A DNA stretch of 63,917 nt, counting the filler, from Folioceros fuciformis (lineage: Eukaryota), in the NCBI GenBank assembly GCA_049999805.1. It is 14 parts of 14 records of this genome, joined end to end, with 100 filler letters (N's around TTAATTAATTAA, not from the genome) between each part and the next. Parts side by side here need not be neighbours in the genome. Positions count along the whole stretch, not along the records: positions 10,870 to 17,415 come from JBNGIO010003272.1; positions 17,516 to 19,792 come from JBNGIO010003273.1; positions 19,893 to 26,466 come from JBNGIO010003274.1; 11 more parts are not named here. One strand, written 5' to 3'. The notes under the pieces are model-generated. The model had not been told where the DNA came from, ran no database searches, and was given only the letters and a program-made list of their open reading frames with translations. Positions within the stretch are counted from its first letter, which is position 1, and each line of letters begins with the position of its first letter. Shown in pieces: positions 11,691 to 21,600 of this stretch. The position numbers were made by a program, and so were the translations under genes.

Positions 11691-13167
11691 AGCTGTTAAG
11701 GAAAAAAAAAAGAAAAAGGGGCTTTCCCGATGCTGAAGCTCGGCATACTTCATGTAGCGTCCTGGAATTCCTTGTAGGACGCAAACAGGACGTGCACAAG
11801 GGCCATCTCTGTGACGTCGATCTCATCTTGTTGTATCTCCAAATCTCTCTGAGAGCTGCGGCTCTCACATTGAAGCATCTTCCGCCAAAATCAAGGCATC
11901 CCCTCGATGGCTCAAGGATATGTCGGTGCCAGGCACCTTCCGCTCCTGCTATGTGGTGAAAGGTCTGGACGTCCTAGAGGCAGAAGGGCGTCGAGTGCTC
12001 CACTGGCGGCCTTCCCTTTGCCTTGCGGCAGTGGTAAGTTGTGCAGAGCTGGTAGGCCTCCATAAGCAGCGGGGCCCATACACACTTGGGGGTGAAGGGC
12101 GCAGTCGTCCCTCTGGTTCCCGCAGTTTCATGGCTCTGATCCTCGATCATTGCTTGCAGAAGGTAGAGAATCACCAGCGCTATTTTGAGACACTGATCTC
12201 CTGTACAAGTCCGCAAAAGTAAGAGCATCCCTAGACCTTCTCCAGCACCAGCTTCCGATTAACTGCCTACGCCTTTGCATTCTAGTCCTTGGTAAGGGAA
12301 GGGGAAATTCTGCTGGCAATAGAAACCAGCTGCTGGACCAGATCCGCTCCAGCCTCCCCGTCAACAATCTACACACCATGACGTGGAGCTTCCAGCACGC
12401 CACCAGAGACTGATATCTTGACGGCGTGTTGAGGAAACAGAGGATAGGCAGGGAAAGATTTGAATGGAAAAATTCCAAGGGGGTTGCCTCGCTCCCAACG
12501 AGCTCTCCAAAGAGGAGGCTGAGGACTCTACGGAGCGCCCACACGACTCCATCTGGGCTGCGGCCTGTAGCCTGCTCCCGTGTATACGCGTTCTGGAGTC
12601 GTGTCCTACTGTGTTACGCGTGTTTTGACAGCACTGTTTAGAGAAACCAGTCACCGCTTTTCTCAGTCAAGCGGTAAACCGATCTCAAGTTACGGTTTCC
12701 CTGCAACTCGTTATCGTTTATCTTACTACGGAATTTATCCGACGTTCATGTTTTCTATATTTATGTTGGTTAAAAATAATATTCGTGTAACATAGCACGT
12801 TGTAGTAGTGACGTGAACACTTTCCATTTCTTTGCTAGGGACGCCATTCCAAGATGTTTGACAACACACGTGACCAAAACAGGACCAAGCCTCGCACTTT
12901 TTTTGCAACAATAAGGCCCCACCTTATAGCAAGGGAGGGGTGTACACCAAAAGTCTAAGCTGGCAACAAAGTCTGCTTCAAGTCAAAGGGCGCCGTTGCT
13001 ACACAATGCCAGGCTACAAACTTACATCCCCTGCCTGCCCCTTTGACTATTCCTCGAGACCTGTCCAATTTGAGGTAGATACTTTTATTTATCCAATTAT
13101 AACCGAACCCCACTGTGATTCAAACATCAACATACAGACGAGCAAGTTCAACAGCTGTGAGGCAGTT

Positions 13168-13980
13168 TCACCGTTTGTATGTGGAGACGAGCACAGAATC
13201 TGGCAGCCAGCGAATGTATTCCATGTGAGACTTGTGCTCCACAGTATGGAACTCCTCCGGGTGGGCGTTGAGGTAACGGCGGTAGTCAGGCGCGCCTGGG
13301 TTGGTCATGTTATCGGCCACCACGACCGTGCCTGTCTTGAGCAGTCCACCCTCCTTGAGAAGCAGCATGTCTGATAGGTAGTAATTTTTGTGGTGGTCTA
13401 GAAACACAAAGTCGAACGCGGTTGCCTTCAGCTCCTTCAAGATGTCGCCCACCTTTTCCAGCCCCTCACTGAGCACCCCTTCCACCACGATCACCTTGTT
13501 CGACAGTCCTGAGAGCGAATCACCGGTCAGGTCACAGAAACCGCAAAGCCACGAGCTGAAATTTGAGCTACTCCTAGATTGGAAGGGGCTGGTACCTGCG
13601 TGATCGACAACCTTGCGTGTGATCTCGGCATTGCCAGGGTTCATCTCCACAGACACCAGCTTGGAGTCGGCTCCGTTGAGCTGGCTGGCGATGCGCACAG
13701 CAGAGTAGCCACAGTAGGCGCCGACTTCTAGCGCAATCTGGGGATCGCACGATTTCAGAGCGCTGTCCAAGATGAGGCCCTTCTCGTCTCCTACGTTCAT
13801 GAGCCAGGTGCGGCGCGCGAACTCGTCCATCGCCTGCAGCACCGACTGCGGATTGCCTTGTTCCGCCTGGCTCAGCACATGCTGCAACAGATCCTTCTCC
13901 CTGCCATCGCCCGCCTCACCTCGGTAGATCGCGGGCTGGGTCACGGCCCTGATGAAACTCAGCACTTGCCAAACGCCCAT
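13168..13980 (-). CDS. COMT: Catechol O-methyltransferase (animal COMT-like, SAM/Mg-dependent), 241 aa after removing an 87-nt intron (13509-13595)
   Basis: LMNVGDEKG, LEVGAYCGYSA and DFVFLDHHKNYYLSD...LLKTGTVVVADN...PGAPDY match mammalian COMT motifs. An in-frame GT...AG intron explains the non-homologous 29-aa insert. Confidence 0.9.
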   Translation of the reverse strand: MGVWQVLSFIRAVTQPAIYRGEAGDGREKDLLQHVLSQAEQGNPQSVLQAMDEFARRTWLMNVGDEKGLILDSALKSCDPQIALEVGAYCGYSAVRIASQLNGADSKLVSVEMNPGNAEITRKVVDHAGTSPFQSRSSSNFSSWLCGFCDLTGDSLSGLSNKVIVVEGVLSEGLEKVGDILKELKATAFDFVFLDHHKNYYLSDMLLLKEGGLLKTGTVVVADNMTNPGAPDYRRYLNAHPEEFHTVEHKSHMEYIRWLPDSVLVSTYKR

Positions 13981-14942
13981 CGCCGCCGGTCAGCTCCTCC
14001 TGCTGTCTGGCTCACCTCCCTGCCTCTATGAGAATGGTGAGAAACACAGGAACTGGCACTTTTTGAAAGTTGCGCAAGTAGATCTCGCTGCGGTGATGGG
14101 CTCATTCCGCCACACATACCACTGCAGCACTCGAGCCAGTGGATTCTCATGTCCCGCACACCAGCCTATTAAATACTGTTTTTTAATAGCCTGCAAAGCC
14201 TTGCGTGCCAATGCTAGCTGACTGGACGTGGATGGCACTAAACCAGGGGTTCGTGCCAAGAACACCGGTGGTGTCCATATGACTGGGATCCTGGGGTCTT
14301 CATGGTCCATGGAAACAATCCAAGCATATGGCGACGGCAGAGTGGAAAGGAAATGGTAGAAACGAATGGTAGGGAAGGCGATGGTCCGATACTCGGTAGG
14401 CAGGTGTACTACCAGGGTGTCATGTTAACCGAGCTTTGTTTTAGTCCTTGGGACCGCCTAGCTTTGCTACTCTCCGTCCGCGAACCGAGCAGGGACCACG
14501 CTTTTTTTTCCAATTCTCTATCGTTATATATAATAAATATTAAATGATTATTTCATACTAATAATAATATAAATGTCTGGTGTCTCCTGCAGTGATGAGT
14601 ACTCTTTCCTGGCTTTAACAATACCATTCCATTTAACTGGAGGACTAGGCTTGTTTGGAACCATCTATCTCCAGAAAAGAGTGGGGACCTGAAGCTTAGG
14701 ACTAGACTTTTTACTAGCCTCTAGTACTCTTTTTTTTTAAACACATGCAAGGACCCAGACCAAGCTCAAGATGCAATAGGGATGTAGTCAAAATGACACA
14801 TAGTGTAGTACTACCCTGAAACCCGAGCATATACACACCAAACTGAGAGAAACTAATCTTCATAGCCATACATCCACTCAATGATTACACATGCCCCTAT
14901 ATGGATAAGGTTGTGTACTATGTTATGGATATGGATAAGGTG

Positions 14943-15250
14943 TTTACTTCTATGTCACACACACCAAGCCACTTACGTGAATTGGCCTTTTATAGTTCTC
15001 AAACATCCATGAAGGCCATTAATAAAGGTTTTAATCAATGACATATAACCTAAATTGACATGATTCATATTGATATGCCCTGTGCTTTACTTCTATGTCA
15101 CACACACCAAGCCACTTACATGAATAGGCCTTTTATAGTTCTCAAACATCCATAAAGGCCATTAATAAAGGTTTTAATCAATGACATATAATCTAAATTG
15201 ACATGATTCATATTGATATGCCCTCTACTTCTATGTAGCACACACCACAC
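14943..15250. repeat. 143-bp tandem duplication with a partial third unit
   Basis: TTTACTTCTATGTCACACACACCAAGCC... starts at 14943 and 15086, and the copies are near-identical. Confidence 0.9.
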
Positions 15251-15419
15251 CTTGATGGACGAAGCTTTGAATATGGTCCTCATCCTTGAAGCCTATAAGT
15301 ATGTTGACTTGTTTCTTACTTCACTTTTACGCGTACTCTTAAGCTTTCTACAAGATGCTTTTAAAATGCTGATGCTTCTACAAGCTCATGTACAAGTGAG
15401 GTCAAAAAGGGAATAGTCG

Positions 15420-15850
15420 TATGTGAAGGTCAAGAACTATCTACTTCCTTTCAAGGCATAGAAATTGGACTACAAATGTCTAGATGAACAAGCTTACTAA
15501 GTGATGTAGCCCTCTATGCTGAGATGTTCTTCAAAGGAAATTGATGTTGTTTGGTAAGGACTCAAGCTTACGGTAAGGGCTATGTTTTTTGAGAGACAAA
15601 GAGTTCTATACAAATTTCTCTTAGACATTTGTACTAATTTTTTGCTATGCAGATGGCCTAGATGAAAATACCAAAGCATGGTGTGAGAAGGTAGCAGAAT
15701 CTTGGGACACTTCATTGATGGAACTTGTGGGACCCACTTGGACTGATAAGTTGTGAAGTCCATTTTCTAACATGTTTCTACAAATAGTAAAGGACTTACT
15801 ATTCATGTAAGCAATAAAACAACTATTGACATCAAGGGTTCTTTGCATAG
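15420..15850 (-). mobile_element. Highly decayed copia remnant (pre-integrase region)
   Basis: LWYFHLGHLHSKKLVQMSKRNLY resembles LWHAKLGHVSNKRLAELSNEDLY in the element at 9010-9612. Confidence 0.6.
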
Positions 15851-16265
15851 TGTGGTGGCAAAACCCCACGCACTGTTTGCCAACCGGTTCGACCTTTAGT
15901 GGCCACACTTATCCCTCTGTCGTTGAGACATTGGGTTTCGTTCCCACGAAGGATCGATGGGGTTCCTTGCTGTTGTGGATGGAGGGTTAGACTTGATTAA
16001 CTCGATGACGGATTCGAGGGCTCCTCTCCAACTCCGATCAGGTGTGACTCAGCTGTCCAGCGGTTGATTGCACCTCTCTTGATGCCCACAAATTCACTCC
16101 TGTCACTACAAGGACACTAACCTCTCAGATTTGTGACTTCCCTCGCTCACTCACTTCACTCACTCACTCACTCTAGCACCAGCACCAGCAACCACACCAC
16201 TACCTTCTACACTTCCTTCTTGACTCCCCCACTCGGCAAGAGTCACTAGACTAACCCCAAAGAAG
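15851..16265 (-). mobile_element. LTR-X copy 2 (may extend further right)
   Basis: Begins TGTGGTGGCAAAACCCC and is colinear with 51832-52265. Confidence 0.85.
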
Positions 16266-16427
16266 AGCATGCCATAACCCACAATCCCACTAGACACCAT
16301 GCGAACATGGTCAGCACTCACTCCAGTCCTGCGAGGAAACAAGAATGACAGATCATGGGGCACGAAACGGAGAGCACAATCAAGAATTAAAGGGACCTAG
16401 CCCTTAACCCTAGCCATCACACCTCAT

Positions 16428-16672
16428 GATCCTACCAGACACTACATAGTCGGCAACACGCTGCTTGCGATTCTACCAGACGGTATACAGTCGGCAACAT
16501 GCTACTCGCGATTCTACCAGATGCTATACAGTCGGCAATATGCTGCTCACAATTCTACCAGATGTTGTACAACCGGCAACACGTTGCTCGCAATTCTACC
16601 AGATGTTGTACAGCTAACAACACACGGCTCGCAATTCTACCTGACACTACATAGCTAGCAGCACGCTGCTCG
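16428..16672. repeat. 41-bp minisatellite, 6 degenerate units
   Basis: CTACC(A/T)GA recurs at 16432, 16473, 16514, 16555, 16596 and 16637. Confidence 0.9.
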
Positions 16673-17517
16673 TCCTGAACCAAGCAGGGACATATCACAA
16701 AAGAGGTCGTGAAGTGATAACCTGCCTCCTACAGGCGCACTCGATCTCATAGGAGCCTCTCTCTCCCTTACCTCATCTTTCTCTGGCTTGACAATTATTA
16801 TTTTAATAAGGCCACTAGCCTAGCTGACTATTATTAGCCACTTATTTAGACTTTCCTAGCACGTCTTGTTGCCAATATTGATGAGCTAGCCCTACAACCT
16901 ACGACCCTACCACCACAAGTATCCACCACCTATTAAACTATTCTCATACTTTGAAGGATGTCTGATCTTCAAGGATCTTGCGGACGCCGCGTCTTTCTTG
17001 CTGGATGGTTGCCCGCAAAGCCTTCCCCAACAACTATTCCCCTAGTGGCTGAGCTTGCCTCCATGGGAGAAGTATGAGTAGTGGGAGAAGAAAAGGGAAG
17101 AGGTGAGAAGAAGTGTGATCAGCAGCCGGAACCGGGCTTGAAATTGACAACTTATTCTGCAAAATTGGCTTTCAGCCGAAACAGTTCCACAGCCTTGGAA
17201 AATTGATCCTGAGGTGCTTGGACAAGGATGTCCGGGGAAGAAAACAAGTGAGAAGGAGCAAAGTCAAAAATTTTGGAATTAAATCCAAAAAAATAAGAGA
17301 AAATAGAAAAAGAAAATTAGGGAAGAAAAAAAATGGCAATATGGATACCATATATATACTAAAACATATAATTATATATATAAAATACATAGATATATGT
17401 ATACAGACCGTATACNNNNNNNNNNNNNNNNNNNNNNNNNNNNNNNNNNNNNNNNNNNNTTAATTAATTAANNNNNNNNNNNNNNNNNNNNNNNNNNNNN
17501 NNNNNNNNNNNNNNNTC

Positions 17518-18600
17518 ACACTCTGTATTCACCGACACAGTCAATCGGTTCTCAACCAGCATCTGATGAAGTGCCTTCTAGATCATCACAAAAGCCATCC
17601 AGTACAGATTTCCTCCGGCTCGAAGTCGTCCGATTATCGATGGTGCTGGCCAGAAATGCCTGAAGCTGGTCTATCCCTTGTATACGAGAAAGCCAGGGAT
17701 CTGTTAAGTAGCGAAGAGGTGCAGTCTGCTTTGCAGCAGTGTGGGCCCCGTCCGTCCATCGACGCAACGAGTGGCCCTTCAGCTGGAACAAGTCAGACAC
17801 AGGTACCGCCTATACTGAAGTTAGGGAAGGAAACTTCATATCCAAACGAAAGGGCGAAAGCAGGTCACCGGAGAGGGCTTGCAATGATAGTCAGCATGGA
17901 AGATGACAGGGATGGAGGACAGGTAGACAGAGGGCGACTTGAAGCACTCTTCGAGATGTTGAATTTTGATACAGATATCGTGGTGAACGGTCCTAAGGAA
18001 GGGAAATCAAGGTTGAAAGCCCTTCTCAGGGTCCCTCGCCTAGCAGAAGACGAGTGCTTTCTGTTTTGCGTGAACGCCCATGGTGGGACTGATGAAGACG
18101 GAAGACAGTATGTTTGCTCAGGTGATGCAGACAAGGCAGAGAAGCTTTATGTTGAAGAAGATATTCTGAAGCCCATCGCTGAATGCCAGTATTTGGCACA
18201 CAAGCCTAAGGTGGTTGTCATAAATGCTTGTCGAGGCACTGGCAGTCTGGTGAGACGCATGAAAGCACAGGGGTCGGGCCCCGCCGACCTTACCACTACC
18301 AACAAAGCCGAGGGGTCAGACGTTGAGGGAAGCCAGGGTCTCATCAAGAGAATTCGACCCTTGTACCAGGCGAAAGATTTTCTCATCGTCTTCTCTACCA
18401 GTCCTGGAGATTTATCCTTCAGAGATGTTAAGGAAGGCACAAACTTCATCATAGCTTTCATGGGAGCCATCCGTGAGCACTCTCGTACCGAAGATGTGGC
18501 GAGCATTCTAACAAGGGTGACTCGCGACGTCACGGAAATGCAGAACGTGCAGTGTCCCCAGGTCCTCACCACACTTACTAGAAAGCTATACTGGTCTTAA
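17518..18600 (+). CDS. 5'-truncated protein with a C-terminal caspase (peptidase C14A-like p20+p10) domain
   Basis: The frame is open to the contig edge. Motifs: GLAMIV, RDGGQVD...LFEMLNF, NAHG (His 18079-18081), KPKVVVINACRG (Cys 18229-18231), DFLIVFSTSPG..SFR....GTNFI, ILTRVTRDV and QCPQVLTTLTRKLYW. Confidence 0.9.
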   Translation, partial: TLCIHRHSQSVLNQHLMKCLLDHHKSHPVQISSGSKSSDYRWCWPEMPEAGLSLVYEKARDLLSSEEVQSALQQCGPRPSIDATSGPSAGTSQTQVPPILKLGKETSYPNERAKAGHRRGLAMIVSMEDDRDGGQVDRGRLEALFEMLNFDTDIVVNGPKEGKSRLKALLRVPRLAEDECFLFCVNAHGGTDEDGRQYVCSGDADKAEKLYVEEDILKPIAECQYLAHKPKVVVINACRGTGSLVRRMKAQGSGPADLTTTNKAEGSDVEGSQGLIKRIRPLYQAKDFLIVFSTSPGDLSFRDVKEGTNFIIAFMGAIREHSRTEDVASILTRVTRDVTEMQNVQCPQVLTTLTRKLYWS

Positions 18601-21600
18601 CCACTTCATTCTCTGCAAATGCCTGGTTGGCTAGCGTGAGGAGCCTGCGGTCAGGGCCTTTAGGGCCTTCCATCAAGTGTCAGGTATCAAGTGTCTCTCT
18701 AGCTACATACTGTACTGCCTGTTTATTGGTGTGTCGAACTGCCTCTGGTCCGACCTTCTCACGTCTCCTCCCGTTCTCTTCCTGGTTTGGCTAAAACGTC
18801 CTCTCACAGGGTCCTGTCCTGGTGTGGATGAGCAGATGATGGGTCGTGGAGGCCATGTGTAGGGAGGGAAAATGGTGCTGTGTTCGTACACAGCTGGGAG
18901 GTGTTGGTTTCAAGATGCAAGTCCAAGTTTGGGGTCTGAACTTCTGGTGTTTACATTGTTCTGTACACCGGCGTGAGGATGTATGCTTCATCTTCCCTTC
19001 GCGACGAGCCAAAAGCAAAGCTGGGACAGGATGTCTCGCTCTGAACTGGCGTAGGGAGCTTGTGCCTTCTTGTCACAGTGATACCAGTGGTAGCACGTTT
19101 TGGGGTTGGTGTTGTCGCCGTAGTTTCTTCTGGTTTAGACCACATCTTTCTCTCTCTTCTCTTTCTCGCTTTCAATAAAGCCCGGGTTCTCTCCACTAAA
19201 CGCCGACCGACATACAGTACAGATACTGTATTTAATATTCTTGTCCCGATCAGCAGCGGCCAAGAACGTTCTCGATCGCGGAGGAAACGTGCGGGCCGGC
19301 CAAGCTCCGGGCCGACCGATCACCAGTGGAATACAGTACGGTGTTGCATCGTAGTGGGAGCTGCCCGTAGTGACATGCCTGACATCTCTGTGTCGGTGCA
19401 GATTCAAGAAATAGTAGACCGACCTGGTTTGCGCTGTGTTGAGCTCTGTTTCCTTCCGTTTGTGCAGTTACCGTGGGAATTGGCAGGAACTCCAAAAGCA
19501 GATTTCAAGTAAATTCTCGTTGATGAATCTCCAGTTGCCTAATGCAAAGGTTGATTTCAAGTAAGTTGTTCTTCCCGGGATCCCTCAGGATGTCAAGGGA
19601 AATTGTGAACGGTGTTGGCAGGCAGAGGTTTCAGTAACGGGGCTGTGTTACTCGTTTCGGCTTGCTGAACAGTAATGTGTAAGTCGGTCCCCAGAGATGC
19701 AGATTTTCATCCCTAATGGCTGGCTGGAGAAATGAGACAACTTGTCCAGTCAGCAAGCCAACTTGCCTTTCCTTCTGACTGATGTACCGGGCNNNNNNNN
19801 NNNNNNNNNNNNNNNNNNNNNNNNNNNNNNNNNNNNTTAATTAATTAANNNNNNNNNNNNNNNNNNNNNNNNNNNNNNNNNNNNNNNNNNNNCTCATCTG
19901 TTGGCAGTTGTATGCAGTTTGAATTGTCACGACACAACAATCTCTACTGTGCAACATGCTGTTGCATTGTATTTGCCTACTCTGCTTCCTAATCTTGTGA
20001 GGCAGGACGCAGAAAAGTGATCAATTTTCTGCAGCAAGAGCTAGTGGCGGCCCAGATGCCAAGCATTGTGGTCAGTGGCTATTCGCAAGAAGAGGTGCCT
20101 CTACGCAATGCACCTTTCCTGCTCCCATGACACTTCGCCAACATCAACCGTCACAGGGTTGGTTAGTTAGGGTTTCTTTCAAAACTCATGAATAGAAAAC
20201 TAACAACTAGAGCAACGTTTCATACTTACCGTTTCATTTTGACTTGAACAGTATCATCTAGAATGCCTGGAGGCTAGTCCCATTGTTAGCTCTTGTCCAC
20301 ACGCATGACAGACAGTTCTTCTACGTCTCACAAGGATGGTTATACCTTGTCCCTTAGTAGCTCTAGCTCAGAAACAAATCTTCAGGATCCCCTTGTCGAT
20401 CTCCTTGCATAGCAACTTAACACACTTAGTATAGTGCCCATTCCTTTTCAATCGATGGGAACTATCCCACCTCCTCGTCCTCCTCCTAGCTACAATAGCC
20501 CAACCTTCACATTTGAATTGAAAGAAAAAGATAGGTTCAATGGGCATAAGTATGAAGTCTGGAGAGTTAGAATGAAATCTACATTGCTAGCCAAAGGTGT
20601 CTGGGGCATAGTGGATGGGTCTATCCCTAAACCTGATCCCTCTAAGACTAAGGGAGAGAAGGATAGATGGGCTCATGCCAATGGTATATCCATTGCGCTC
20701 CTAGTAAGTGGTCTTATAGAAGACATGATTCCTACAATTGAGTATCTCACAAAAGCAAGTGAGATATGGAAACAGTTGTCCAACCAATATGAAATAAGAA
20801 ATGTTCTTACCTTATGCGCATTAAGACGGGAAATCTATGGACTGAAAATGAGGGAAGGAGATAAGGTACTTGCTCACACCAGCAAGCTTCGACATCTCCG
20901 TGCATAGCTAGCTGCTGTTGGAACTATAATGGACGAAGTTTAGGTCATTGCACAACTCCTGACAAGTCTCCCTCCAAGTTATCAGAATTTTGTCTCCGAG
21001 CATAATGTCCCCATCCGGCAGGCTCAGGCCGCTAGTAAAACTTCAACTCTCACCTTAGACGAGGTGATTGGTGCCCTATTCCAGGAAGAGCAGAGCAGAC
21101 TCATGTCAGGGTCTGGGTCCAAGTCCAAAGTTGATAGAGTACTTAATGCTTTCCATGGTAGACCAGGGTAGAGGGGTAGGCCAAGGATAGCACCTCATAA
21201 TCAAAGCTCTCGAAATGATGTAGGATCCTCTAATTCCAATTCAACCAAGCGTACATGTACGTGTAATTGGTTTGGCATTCCTGGCCATTGGGCTCGTGAT
21301 TGTCGAAAGAAGAAAGCTGGCGAGCCTCAAAGGCCTCAAAGATCTGCAGCCACAGCAACTATTAAAGACAAGATTGGCACTACAAGTAAGCCAGTAGTCA
21401 AGATTCTTATAGTATGCTCGTTTACCTTTATTGGAGACAAGAAAACTTGGTACTTGGATTCTGGTGCCACTTGCCACATTTGTAGAGATGTATCCTTGTT
21501 CAATTCCCTAGAGTATTCCACCACTATTGACAAGGTTTACCTAGGTGATGAACAAAAAGCCACAAGTCTGCAGATCCAAGGCCAAGGGTGCTGCAAATTT

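Noticed and set aside
16428-16672. Regular 41-bp periodicity resembling a CRISPR array
   Set aside because: Whole units are similar with no unique spacers, there are no cas genes, and the context is a eukaryotic TE; it is a minisatellite.
13168-18600. COMT and caspase as a functional gene cluster
   Set aside because: They lie on different contigs separated by the spacer at 17416, so linkage is unproven.
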